Origin: Tubulanus polymorphus
Lineage: Eukaryota > Animalia > Nemertea
Length of the DNA: 64,000 nucleotides
Direction: 5' to 3'
NCBI RefSeq assembly: GCF_964204645.1
Contig: NC_134027.1
Coordinates: 22,592,560 to 22,656,559 of the forward strand
Shown piece by piece: positions 12,316 through 25,479 of the stretch (positions are counted from its first letter, which is position 1; each line of letters starts with the position of its first letter). Position numbers and translations under genes: made by a program. Below the pieces are notes generated by a model that saw only the letters and a program-made list of their open reading frames with translations, had not been told where the DNA came from and ran no database searches.

Positions 12316-14266
12316 TAAGTAATCCGTATTTTATTCAGTCATATCGATTTGATAACATTGAATGAAAATTTAGAAACAATTTGATAACTAGGAAGAGTTC
12401 TATTCGTCATTCAATTAAGCTCAGAAGTTAAGTTAAGATTATGATTTCAATAATTTGTGGGAAGTCGCGGAAGAAGAATTCTAGTTATCCGTAGTTTTTT
12501 TAAATTTGTTTTGGAGTTTACAAATTGATATACAATGTAATTTACTGAATTCCACTGTAACTACTATGGTGGCTGCTACTAAGGGCCATGAAAATACATC
12601 CCGACAAAAAAATAATTTCGTCATGAAAAATAAATTTCCATCGAAAAATATTTCGTGAGTCAAAAGAAAATCAAGTTTTCTTTAAATCTAACCAATGTGT
12701 GAAGGTCTGGCTAAAGACGACAGGTGACTGACTATCCAAAGAAATCTGCGGCCGATAATTCGTTTCGTCTTGGATATCGTTGTTTGTTGAAACGAGTTGA
12801 AAACCCGCAGATCACCAGTCCAGTAGGGTAGAGGGTGTTTACGGCTCACCTCATCGGATAATGAGTCCATTTTCCTGATGAAGCTACTATATAATATTAG
12901 CGAAAGCTTATACTTCAAATAAATCTAGTTAACCTTCAAAGTTTAGTACCGTACTTGTCTTCACGTTGAGTGATGCGATACAAGGTTAACACGGCTCCTC
13001 CACAACTAGCTGATCCTCACATAATGAATTAAATTTTCAATTTCAATTCAATTCATTGCCCGACAAAAAGAAATTTGCAGGGAGCAAAACGTGACAATAA
13101 TTACAAAATCATACAATATGGCTCGACATGATTAAGTGAAAAATTTCAATCACTTTTCTGATTTTTCCGATGGCACACAATAACATTCTAAATTTTCAAT
13201 TCGAGTAGCATATTGCGCAGGTGAATAATCATCAAACAGGTTCAACTTTCTTTTTAGTTTTGTTAGTTTGTCATTAACAATGCTCGGAACAACTTCCTGC
13301 ATATGGCTTACTGCAAAATCCAGTTTTCACAATTTCGATATCTTTGAATACCAAGCTCACCGTCTTGCACAATACTTCCTGGTTGGAACAAACCTTCTTT
13401 CATATACAAACATTCTTTTTGTACATTTCTGCAACGTAGATCGCGCAGTCACATTCAATATAGTAGTAACTTTGATGGGGAATTTGTTTATTTCTGTGGT
13501 AAGTTCATCTTTAAGCACACATCAAAATCTTCATGAATCAGAGACGAAAATTGTTTTTGCGTATCGCATGTAAGTGTGTAAGTTCACAAAATGAACACAC
13601 TTTTATTGAAAAACACTTTCGTTTTTCAGTGTTACTACATTCTGTCATTTTTAGTATTATTTCATTTCATATTATAAAAGCGTTGCTTTATTTCAAATCT
13701 ATGACGTCACTGAAAAAGTAAGAATTAAGTGGAAAATTATCTGATAATCATGATTTTGAAACTGCTATCAAATAATAAAGAAGACGAATTCACGAACACA
13801 GTACAAGAATTTATTAATTTCCAGACAACAAAAGCTACAAAATACAAATACATACAAAATACATACAAATACAATTACAAATTACACAATACACCTAATA
13901 ATAATCTAACAAGCATCTTAACGTAAAACATCGAAAAAGATCACAAAAGTCAAGTAAGTCAATTCTTAACTCATTTAGTAATTAGATCCGTGCGGGTAGC
14001 TCGGTTGGTTGAGTGGAGGACACCAAGAGGCCCCTTGTTCGAAACAATCTCTTGCGTTGGCTGTTAAGACACATACATATAGGCCTACGCAGTTTCGGCC
14101 CCAAGTTTTGGTCCCAGTTTACTTTTGAAATAGAAATTGGCTATATAGTGTGTAAAAACTAATGACCTAGATGAAAAATATTGTCATTCCAGTTTCCATA
14201 AGAATATGATGATATTTTCTTTATAAGAGGTCTGTGGTTGTTGTTCACAAAAGGCAACGGTGCAAC

Positions 14267-17200
14267 ATGTTTATAAAGGTACGTAAGATCTATCTTGGGT
14301 TTGCTTTATATGATTAACTGGTCTATAAAGATCAGATGTTGTCGGAATCAGGTCGTTTGGGCCCAGTTTCACCGTCCTAACATAAGTGCAAAAGTGGTTA
14401 AATCATTAGACTAGTCATAAGTTGTTGGACTGGCTATGGAACTAAGTTGGTCTTAGACTGGTTTTAAATCTATGCTTTTTTCTGTGCAACTGCCCGCTAC
14501 ACAATTTTGAGTTCAATTTAACTCTGGGTCCACAGGCGTCCAGATGCGATATGTTCCGACCCAAGTTCATGTGTTTTCAACTTGAATTCAAGTTGAAATT
14601 AGGGCAATTGTAATATTTTAGATACTTTTGCAGAAGTGTTCAGGCGTGACCCTGTTCGTGTGTCTAACGATGGTGTACACCGAAACAAATGGTTAGTAGG
14701 AATTTATCTCCAAATACGAGAACAATTGTTTACAAAAATCTGTAATTAACACAAAATGGTGGACATTTCGTGAAATTCAAATTGACTAAACTCGTCCTAG
14801 TCCTCAATTAATTTCGTCTAAAACTTCAACACGATGAGTCAGTTATATATCAAAGTTGCTATAGTTAGCAAGTATATATTATATAAACCCAATGGATACA
14901 ATTATCAGGAGCCTGTTCCTTAGATCTCGGGGAGTGAATGAATTTTCATATGCACTTGGAAAATGAAAAGGAACTATTCTTATGTTTAATCACAAGCTAC
15001 CACTATGCAGGGAAGTGTGATGACACTCATCACACTTCCCTGCACTATGGAACTCTGATATCTGAGAATTACAATCCGCCATAAACTTTCATAAGTATGA
15101 GTATCACAGGGCAATTCTTCAAGATTTGACCAAGATTGTACCAAATAAAAACCCACAATAGATATGAGTTTATTTTCTAATTAACAGTTTTGGGGTTACT
15201 TCTAAACCCCATCATCAGAGAAAGTAAAATGATACAATAATGGGCTCAAGTATAAAATATGGCCTTTTTGCCTGACGTATCAATACGCACAATGCTGACC
15301 AAATATCTGCCAATCTTAACATTCCCGACATAACGACATTCCGACATACCGGCACTCCCGACATACCGGCACTCCCGACATACCGGCACTCCCGGATACT
15401 GGAGTTGAGCCGGTTCAACTCAAGTATCCGGTAAAATAGTTCTTGAGGTGGAAACTTACAACATCATAAAAGCAGTAATTCGGTCCTGGATTTTATCCTA
15501 TTGTCAACATCGTCAAAACCTCGTCAACATCGTCAACATCGTCAACACCGTCATCATCGTCAACATCGTCAACACCATCATCATCGTCAACATCGTCAAA
15601 ATCGTCATCATCGTCAACATCGTCAACATCGTCAACACCATCATCATCGTCAACACCGTCATCATCGTCAACATCGTCAAAACCTTGTCAACAACGTCAA
15701 CAAAAAACAAATCTATATCGTAATAAGTGTGATTATTGGTGCCGGAGGGCGCTCGAAAATAATCTCCAGCGCGATGACAAAAGTCCAAGTAATGCGGTGT
15801 TAAGTATTTCTCCTATCGTCAACATTGTAAAAATAGGGTATTTGAAAAACTATATCCCCCACGATCCCACGATATCGGTTGTTTAGTTAAAATGATTAAT
15901 AGTGAAATACCATTTCATTTGGATCTGATTGAGTTTTCTCAAATATTGAGTCGTTTTTTGAATTAGAATTAACTAGAAATAGGCCTACTTTATTGTCTAC
16001 TGAAGCGGAAAACGTTTACTCGTAGTGTATGCTTCTATATGACGTCTGATTATGAATTGTTTCATTAAAGATTAATATTGTAAGCAAAAATCAAGTAAAC
16101 TGTAAAATGTTTTATTCGGTTATTGATGAATCTACGTACTTTCACATTTTCAGTACCCCCGAGCGGACCATTTCTGACATCTCGACCAGACACCGCCATC
16201 AACAACATCGTCGCAGTACAGGAGAATTCACCATTAACAATCACATGTGACGGTTCACAGTCTGGAGCTACAGGACTGACGTATAAATGGAGTGGTGTCA
16301 ATCTATCTGGACAGTCTAATAATGTTTTCATACCCTGACAGGAATAAGATCACAATGTTACGCATGATGTTGTATCGTATGCTAGTCTCGCTTTCGCTTG
16401 GCATTTCTCAACTGTACCGGGTGTCTGGATCCCCCCATATATAATATCTAAGAGGCGATACAGACGTCCACTGGTAAATATAGGGGTTTAAACAATATCT
16501 ATGAATATCGCTTTTGTCAACAACAAAATGAGGTAACCACAGCGTACACCATTGTGCAGCATCAACCTGTCCCAAGATAGATGCCAAATTCAGGCAGGAA
16601 TTGAATTAATCACGTAATTGTGGAACTGGATCAAGGCATAAATATCAATTTAAATAGCAGATTATTGTCTTTCTCAAAAAAAGAAAAATATTTCAAATCT
16701 TAAAAGGAAGTGCATCACTAAAGTACCATTCTTTTATAATTTTCATAGTTCCACCACCAGTTGAGGCCGTCAAACCCTTGGCTGCGAAAATAGGAGAAAC
16801 TGCCAAAATCATGTTTAACTGTGACGCAAATCCAGCAGCAAAATGGAGTTGCAATAATTATATGATGAGAAACTTAAATTTTTCCGTGATTAACAAAACT
16901 CATTGTGAATTAACTGTGAAATCTGTTCAAACGTCTGATTATGGAATCTATGAATGTGATCTCAGTAACTCATGTGGCGGAGGCAGAGTTTTACTTAAAC
17001 TCACAGAGCCTGGTAAAGTATAAGACCAGTAAATTCAAAACAGTACATACGTACATTTTTGTGCGTTCCCCGATCTTCGACCGCCATTTTTCATTATTCT
17101 GGTGTATAAACTGCATTTTGAAAGAGAAATCATGCATTCCTCTTTTCACTTGAATAAATTTAGCCAGCTCCCGGTCTACATGTATGCGATGCATGTGGAT

Positions 17201-20200
17201 GCGTACCTACTATTTGAGTCCCGCAGTATACCCAGGCGCGGATCCAGAGGGGGTGCTCGGGGTGCTGTAGAACCCCCCCCCCCTTAAGCCCACGGCACAC
17301 CTTTTGCGATTTATCTCATGATCGCATACGATCATACGACGATACGATAGTAGTAAAGATTTGCCCCAGCTTTAGAGTCAACAATACTTTTCCGATGCCG
17401 ACATTTTTGCTGCATTTAAAGCCCGTCACACGCCTTTGCGATTCATTGTATGATCCCTCTTTGATCGGATGCAAAATGTAGGTTCAACGTATTACCGAAA
17501 TTTAAGAAAGATCACATCGTCGGCATAAGTCCCCCTCTCGGGCTTTACACTGACAGCACGCTCCCCTCTACGAAATCCTGGATCAGCGCCTGATATCCTA
17601 CTATCATCTGAAAAGCTGACATTCAACGCCGCCAAGGTCGCTATTCCCATGAAGTCCATCATCTTATTTCTGTTAACTTTAGGACCCCCACAATCCCTCG
17701 TAAAGCTGGTAGCCTACACACGATGAGCTGCATCTGTGGAGCTGGAATGGACGTCTGCATTCAATGGTGGCTCCGAACAAACGTTCACCGTCAGTTACAG
17801 AGCTTCAGACTCCATACAATTCATCAATAAAACTGGAATACCTGATCCCGGTTACGGAAAATGGGTGCGAACAAATGTAACCGGATTAAAACCAGCGACT
17901 GATTATCAGTTCAAAGTGAAAAGTATCAACTTAAATCCCGGTGATAATACAAGTCCATTTACTGATATAGTTACAACTAGAACAAATAGTAAGAAATGTC
18001 TACATAATTCTCTTCTCGGATTTAGGAAAAACTCGGCTTCAAGCTCCGTATGTCTTCAAAACTGTGCTCGAAAGTAATCATGTTTATGATACATTTTTAG
18101 GTATTCCGAGTGAAATCGTATTAGCTTTAAGTACAGCTACAATCACAACGAAAGACGATTTTGTTCTGGTGATTTGCCAGTCATTTCAGTCAGGGTACAG
18201 CGTCTACGTGGAATACTATACTAAAGATACAAACCAATGTCAATCTACCAAACCTGTAAAAAGTGCCGGTGCCGATCTTTCGATACGTATTGCGATCAAT
18301 ATCAACCCCGGCCATGCTTACAAGTACAAACTTATCATAGCTAATATTGATGGCGTCATCGCACGCAGAGAGCTTCATTTGGAAGAAGGTAAGACGCCTC
18401 GTTCTGTAATTTATCATCGCTGTGTTCGGGAAATTATAAAATGTATTGTTTCAGCGAACCGATCCCATTCTTACGGAAAGCAAGAACAGCCCTCTCTAGA
18501 TACGCTGATTATTGCCGGTGTTGTTATTGGTAGCATATCGTTTGTTCTTGTAGTGGTCGTAGTGATCGTACTTTTGATAAAACAACTCAGAAACGGCCCC
18601 GGACGCGCCTTCAACAACAACCCAAATAGAACGTGAGTTTGTTTTACCAATTTTCCGCCCTTTGTTTTGTACCGACACCAAATGCCACCTTGAATGCATT
18701 TACCGAAAAACAAGACTGCTGTGTTCCATTTAAATCGTATTGAATCGGAAATTCATGACTTTACTGTTGAATGCCGGCGCTGCATGACCAACAAAGAAAC
18801 ATTCTTTTTACGGCAGTTGATCAAAATAACAACGCGTTTAGAACTATGAATTGAACGAGAAATTTATATTTTTGATGCAAAATTGTCAAATGGAAGCAAG
18901 TCGTTTTGTGTCCGAGGCCTGGTATAGAATATATCAAGAAATAAATATTAGGGCCTAACCCGGTATTCTGAACCACAATAATTTGAAAAAGAAATTGTAA
19001 ACAAACGAAAATGATTATACTTATACACATGTCGCTCAAATAAAGATGCCATGCCGTACCATGCCATGCTATGTCCCATTATAGATTAGTCACGCCTATC
19101 ATTTTGGCTTTTAAAATGACAGCTAGTCAATTATTGTTGATTGTTTAGTTCATTTGACTTTTTATTGTTTTCTCCGATCAGCAGCTCTTATGTTTTGTAA
19201 TTTACAAAATGGCGGATAATATTAATTCAACAAAGATGGTTAGACGATATAAGCAGAATGCTATTCAGTTCCTCGTTTAGGTAGTTTGGAGCGAAATCGA
19301 CAGACAATTCCATCTCCATTTATACGTAGAATACTAGCTGAATTATATTTCGCATTTAAACTTCTCGTTTCAGAAAAACTGAAGAATCGATGGCAGGTAA
19401 CTAGTGATTAAATATATTCAAAATATACTTTAGCGTTGACCCTTTTCGATTGCACTCTTCCAGAAGATAAATTATCTACGTTCTCTTTCGATTTCCGTGT
19501 TTATATGTTACTGTCAATTCTTCTATCAACGATGACGGCATCTAAATGTACGGAAGCGATAAAGGGCCTCGAGATGTCGCGTTCAAACTCGACAAGTCGC
19601 CATATTTATGTCGATATAATGCGATATATCGCGTCAAGTCGACATGAATATGTCGACATATCGTGACGTTTTCACGACAAATTTCGCTTTTTCGCCCATT
19701 TTCCACGGGACAAGCCGTCATTTGAAGACACGTCTAAATGTAAGATGAGGACGCCAGTGATATGGCGACTGAGTTTCAAGTCGTCACGAATATGTCAACT
19801 TGTCGCGAGGAAAGTGGTCGAGAGAACGAAATAGGTCGTCAAAATGTCACGATGTATCGACATATTCATGTCGACTTGACGCGATATATCGCGATATGTC
19901 GACATAAATATGACGACTTGTCGAGTTGGAACGCGACATCTCGAGGCCCCTTATCGCTTCCGTATAAATGGCATCGATAAAGAAATCAACCCCTTTCTAC
20001 ATATTTAATCTTGTGATAATGTTAATTTGAACATGATGAATTGTAATGATTAGTTCATGAATCATTTTCACCGCAGTTTATTCTGAAAGTACTGAAGTCG
20101 TGGACACAGATTCTCGTACGTATATTAGCAGGGAATTAAGAAATACTCCATTTCAATAACCTTTGATATTTTTGGGTGATATAATCATGTGCCTCTAATA

Positions 20201-20498
20201 TTTCAGGTGATTACGCCACGGCATCACCGTATATAAACACGGCTTTTAGCGGTAAGTATCGTCAAAATATTTTAGAAACATCCACAGGTATAGATGTCAT
20301 CATTTCTTGTATCAAATATGGTTTTTCAAATATGTTTTTCAAAATATATGCAAGCGGAACCTTGTCATTTTCAGATCAGCCATCTTTCTTATGATCTGGA
20401 ACATGTTTATTCATTACCTTCAATGTTTCTAATTTTCTTTTCATTACATTTTCTTTTCAGAAATCGAGCCAGACTTTTACGAAGATGTAAAGGAATAG
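14267..20498 (+). CDS. Multi-exon Ig/FN3 single-pass receptor (nephrin-like architecture) with Tyr-motif tail; two exons damaged
   Basis: Phase-compatible GT-AG exons: 14267-14278 (MFIK), 14634-14691 (signal), 16154-about 16335 (Ig, truncated by a stop), 16749-17012 (Ig: C..W..DYGIYEC), 17683-17988 (FN3: WTSAFNGGSEQTF..GLKPATDYQF, with in-frame TGA 17724-17726), 18101-18388, 18455-18632 (TM IIAGVVIGSISFVLVVVVVIVLLI), 19374-19396, 20077-20115, 20207-20251, 20461-20498 (..FYEDVKE*). Confidence 0.8.
14359..14497. mobile_element. Small palindromic MITE (same family as 55178-55321)
   Basis: GGGCCCAGTTTCAC...GTGCAACTGCCC with the shared GTCTTAGACTGG core. Confidence 0.6.
15325..15397. repeat. 17-bp tandem repeat (CCGACATACCGGCACTC)
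   Basis: About 3-4 copies read directly. Confidence 0.85.
15503..15702. repeat. (CATCGTCAA)n 9-bp intronic minisatellite
   Basis: Read directly; explains the spurious HRQ/IVN/LTM ORFs. Confidence 0.95.
17233..17592. mobile_element. hAT-like MITE (CAGGCGCGGATCCAG...CTGGATCAGCGCCTG)
   Basis: Terminal inverted repeats; intronic. Confidence 0.7.
19549..19964. mobile_element. Non-autonomous DNA transposon, IS3EU-like
   Basis: TIRs of about 120 bp, TACGGAAGCGATAA.../...TTATCGCTTCCGTA; 6-bp TSD TAAATG on both sides. Confidence 0.8.
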
Positions 20499-20926
20499 TA
20501 AATGATCTGGAACTTACAAACGTTAAATATCTCCTAATACATATAACCACGATTTAATTTATACGTCCATGAATAGACATATGCTTCTTCATTTATGCAT
20601 ATCGGTTTGATCGGCAAAAAGAATACATTGGAGCAACTTGGATGCGTTAACACAATCGTTTATATACGATGTAGTTTCTTATTCTTTATTCGATGAAAAC
20701 TTGTAACAGAATGTAGCAATAAAATGAAATAAGCTAAAAAGTGAATTCGACACAAATAAGAATAAAGATTTCTATAATTTGTGGGAAGTCGTGAAAAGGG
20801 AATTCCAAATCATCCAAAGTTTTATATTTTTTTTGCTTTCAAATCCACATAATGTAATTTGCCGAATGTCACTGTAACCTGTCAACGGGCTTAAGTTGTA
20901 TGAGTGGATCTGCTTGAAATCAATGG

Positions 20927-21837
20927 TTATGCGTGTAGATTTCTACAGCGAATTTTCATACAGAAATATTCACGAATTTCTCGTCCCAGCAAAAGATAGA
21001 TGTAGAAATTTACCACATAGTTGAAAATGTAGAACTGACCAAAAATGTCATAAAGAAATTCTTTCTGCTCCGGTGAAATTGGTAAAAATGTATTGATAGC
21101 AGATGGAAGATTACATATCGCGAATGCGAATGAAACTGTTACAAGCATTAGCGTTGTACGTTTCGATTTTGTAGTTTTCTGATCAGACGAAACGCTTTTT
21201 GGACCTCTGAATAACTGAACGATTATAACAGAATTTGATGTAATGATCAAAGCTAACGGTAAAAGATAAGCTTGGATGTCAAATATGGAGAAAAATGTAA
21301 TTTGGTCGAATAATTCATAGTAACATCCGAAAAACTGGTCGGGAAATTCACTGCAATGATTATTAATGTAGCAATTCTAGCGAATCTCGGTGTACATATG
21401 AAACGAGATGTGAACGGGAAGAGCACAACTGCCGCACGTTCTAGGGATACCGCTTCTATCAACCACGAACTATTGCCCGCTGCAAGTGTCATCGCAAATT
21501 CATAGATTTGACAACTGGCCAGTGAATTCATCAGAAATATAGGACCACTTTCTACGTGCCATAGAACTAGCTGTAAAACAGGCATCAGCGTAAAATTGAT
21601 ACAGTATATGGAATCACTGAGAGACAAAACGATCAGATAGTTCGCGTAAGATAAACTGCGGAATCTGCGACTTATCATTATCAGGAAAGTGGCTAAATTT
21701 CCAAAGGCTCCAAGCACGAAAAAGATGATTAAAATGACCAATGACGCCGTGCGGTAGATTCCAGACCTGTTCACCAGGGACATTAGTACTGTGTAACTAG
21801 CATAAGGTCGACCGATTTGCATCTGAGTTAAATTCAT
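20927..21837 (-). pseudogene. GPCR paralogue with frameshift
   Basis: The ORFs 21253..21837 and 20927..21250 together cover the receptor; a deletion of about 40 bp near 21345 removes the TM4/ECL2 segment and shifts the frame. Confidence 0.88.
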
Positions 21838-22393
21838 GATTCATGAGGAAAGCAGATACTAAATGTCTGATTCACGCGTGAAGGCAAACTCTTGTGTAGA
21901 CTGACTGACTGGAAATAATGTAACGCAAATGAAATAATGTTTTTTGAATGGAAGTTCACGATTTATTGTTCGCACCAAATGAAAAGTCAATTCTTTGAAA
22001 CCTGACAAAATACACTCAAATTCATGAAAGTTTATTGCTGTGCTAAATGTAAATGTAACTAAATTCGATGTAAATGTTCGTTGTTGCAGAATTCATTGTA
22101 AATGGTGAAATATACGTAAAACATCTGAGCACGTTGGGCAATGTTTGCTCAAAAGTTCGTTCTTAGCGAGGTCAGAATGATATCAAAGTGAATTCCCACC
22201 GCTGAGCAGGAAAACTTCTACCCGTAAACTATAGTATTCGACAACCTTCTCAGATAGCGAAGGTCCCAAGGTCGAGTCCAGTGCATGGAAGCACATTAAC
22301 TATTACTGCGTTTCTCATTAACTCTTACTTGTGTTTCTCATTGATGAATATCAATCTAATGTTGATAGTGGAAATTAAGAAATGAATTTGAAA

Positions 22394-23075
22394 ACTGGAC
22401 GTATCGGCCCCACTCCCCGCGGTGGTGGCGCCACCCCGCGGGATTTACGCAAAGCCGCAGAACACAAACACGGCCACTCTCTCAATTTTCAATGATAGAA
22501 ATCGTGTGTGCATTTCAATTATTTCGGCTGTTAGGGTTTTAAGGCACAATATAAGTTGATGATGTGATATGGCGATATTAATTAATGATAATTCCGCAGT
22601 GAAGCTAGTCACGAACGGTGCCGATTGAGTGTACAGCTGCCAAAAACACTGAAATGTGCGTAGTTGCGTAACTATTTGCAGTGAATTGCTGACGAAACAT
22701 GAAGCCTTAACGGCCGTTTAAAAAAAAATTATACCAATCGCAATTATAAAAAAAAATGAGATAGAACCTAAGTTAAAATTCTGGCCATTTCTAAAATGTT
22801 ATTAATTATTATTACTAATTTTTAGTCAGTGCGGAACGTTTAGTTTTCCAACAATAATGAGGGGTGGTACTACTCATGCAATTCAAGTCATCATTTATTA
22901 CACGTTGCTTCCGTGTTGTTGAAAATCTCGCGAGTCCTGTACTAAACCCCAATGAACAATGTGATCTGTGTGCTGGCCACAAATGCATACAGATCACACT
23001 ACACTACCCATTACACACTCCAGTATCCACAGCTTTCATATATCCATCCAAATATTTAGTGGCTTTCGTCCTGGA
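22394..23075 (-). mobile_element. Helitron-like non-autonomous element, about 670 bp (copy A)
   Basis: Inverted copy at 26612-27281; GC-rich hairpin just inside the CCAG-T end. The end is non-canonical (CCAG rather than CTAG). Confidence 0.55.
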
Positions 23076-23244
23076 TCTAACCTGTCGTTCTTTATTTGCA
23101 GAAATGTTGCAATGGAATTAAGCGTTAAATGTGTTTAGTTTAAGGAGTGTATTAGAAAAAATATACATGCGTCCGTGCGTGCGTCACATCTACCGATCCA
23201 CAGTACCGGTTTAAGTAGTATTAAGTGAATGAAACTAGGAATCA

Positions 23245-23770
23245 ATGGTTGACTAATATCCACAGCAGATTTTTGTCTAGAAATATTCACGATTATCTCG
23301 TCAAACATGTATTTGTGTGAAAATGTCATATAGAAAATCTCTCCATCTCTTTTGCGATTCTCGATTGCGAGTGAAACTGTTACAAGCATTATTGTTGTAC
23401 GTTTTGATTTTGTTGTTTTCTCACTAGACGAAACCATTTATCATCATAACCGAATTTGCCGCAATGGGAATATAAAAGGTGGATGTCAAATGTGATTTTT
23501 ATTGACAGTAACTTCCAAAACGCCAGTCGGAAATGCATGAAGTTTGACGAAAATTAACCGGTACATTCAATGCGATGGTTATCAAATGTAACTAGTCTAT
23601 AGCGAATCTAGGTGTTCATCTGAAACGAGCTGTGAAGGGGAAGAGCACAAATAGCCACACATTCGAGAGGCATTGCTACAATTAAGCAGGACTTTGTATA
23701 TATTGAAAAGAAATAACCCCATGAATTCGTAGATTTTACAACTGTTCATTGAATTCGTCACTAATATAGA
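23245..23770 (-). pseudogene. Highly degenerate GPCR relic
   Basis: Recognisable pieces NSMNSCKIYEFMGL and KTTKSKRTTIMLVTVSLA, with multiple indels. Confidence 0.8.
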
Positions 23771-24086
23771 ACTGTCTCGTTGTCCTAGGACAGTCAGTAT
23801 GTTGACGACGCTTCCAAATGATAACTGGTTGTAAGCAAATTGAATTGGCAATATAAAGTGCCACCTAAAAGTAGTGACGCCTCAATAAGCAATATGAAGA
23901 TTTATCCGATGACGAATTCAAAATAAGTTGACTGTAAACCGCATATGATAGAGTTGCATAGAATTTGAAATATTTATTCTCGAATTTAGCCCAAAAAATA
24001 ACAGTTGATATTTTGATCAAGAAAAGCAACGGATGTTGAGAATGATATCAAATAGATATCGGTTCAAGTTCGATATGATTCAATCA

Positions 24087-24505
24087 TTATCCGGGGGGTT
24101 TCGGTAACCATGCTCGTGTCCAACTCCAATATCTACGCGATCTGCTCCTAAACTTGTCCTGCTCTTCAGCGGTTTCAGCCACGGCCAAGACCGATGCAAA
24201 AATAACGCCAAACAGAAGCGCTAAAGTAATCAGTTGACCTGAAAATCGAGAAAGAATAAACTAATGTTTGTACCAGTATTTTTTGCGAATGGAAATTGGT
24301 TATTATAAGAAAACAGGATATCAGTGAAGTAAAAGTGGAATTTTTAGCGCCCAGCGTAGAATTCAAACCCAATGTTTGACGCTGGTGCAGTAAGAAATCG
24401 GAAATTCAATAGACTACACCGTGTGGTTACAGTCAAGTTAATTCTAAGTTCGTTTCAGACCAGATAAGCAGTACGTTAAGATATAGTTAGATACTTACTC
24501 AACAT
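24087..24505 (-). CDS. Secreted prepro-peptide, 52 aa; predicted mature YWSWTRAWLPKPP-amide
   Basis: Exon 24505-24499 (ATGTTGA|gtaagt) plus exon 24238-24087 (cag|GTCAACTG) gives MLSQLITLALLFGVIFASVLAVAETAEEQDKFRSRSRR-YWSWTRAWLPKPPG*. Confidence 0.85.
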
Positions 24506-25479
24506 TTTAGACCTTTGCACACCCCTGAAAATATTGAAAAAAGACATTACGAATCTTCTAAGTATAAATGTATCCTCTGGAAACGTAGCCCATTTATGTC
24601 AACATAAGAGCCACCCTGTAAATTCATTAACTCAATGAATATGCCATCCCTTGTAGATATAGGTCTATCCATTTTTAGAACATCCTCACACTGACAAGAG
24701 CCTCTATTGAGAACCCGAAAAGGCAGGTCACTTATGATTTTCAATATACATATTATCCACTATTAAAAAACTTCATTTTTTTTCATCATTTCTAGATTCG
24801 ATCGATTCGAAAATTGGCTGCCGGAGGCAACTTTTCATCATGTCAGATCAAAATTATGAATACCTGTTATCGCTGCATTTGCGGCGATAATTTTTTGAAT
24901 TTTACTTACTTTCTGTCTGATATACAAAAATGGAATGTCACGATCTAGTTTGGTTTTCGCTCGTCCATGTGTTGCCACGAGTTAGGGTATACTCTTTTTA
25001 TAGAAGCCAGAGTTGAATAAGTGTGTGTACCAAGCAATAGCGACTCGCTGTTCTTGGTTTGTTCAGTCGACTTCAAGTGTGCGAAAAACAATTTGAAACT
25101 TGAAAATCGAGTGCCATCAAGTAGTCAAAATTTTGAGTAGATATCGGAAAATCCAATACATGCGATTACAATGAATTAATTATTGATGTACTAAACCTCA
25201 TCTTACTCGGACACGGCCAACTGCGACGTTTTACCACGTAATTCGAATAAATATGAAATCTCTTCGACTAACGTATCTTCTTTCTCAAGTCGAACGTCAT
25301 GTTCCATGTGCCTCGGACCGATGCCGTAGTTAGATGGAGTTTACTGTTTCAACTTTTTCATTGTAATACCTATTAGGCCTGAGGCCTTTGTCCAAAGATA
25401 AGTCAATAAAAATCAATTTCTAGTGATATTATTTTCCTAAGCTCTTAACTCGTTTCCTTCTGACTACAGTTCCACCTGA

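Noticed and set aside
13260-13570. Cys-containing minus-strand frame (..KCTK..VCSN..LCK..FCSKPYAGSCSEHC*) as a toxin-like gene
   Set aside because: Upstream in-frame stops, and no start, signal peptide or clear splice acceptor found.
15448-15803. His/Arg/Gln-rich or Ile/Val/Asn-rich ORFs
   Set aside because: Translations of an intronic (CATCGTCAA)n minisatellite, open in several frames.
17724-17726. In-frame TGA as selenocysteine
   Set aside because: Not a Cys/redox position in FN3, no SECIS recognised, and a second lesion exists in the same gene.
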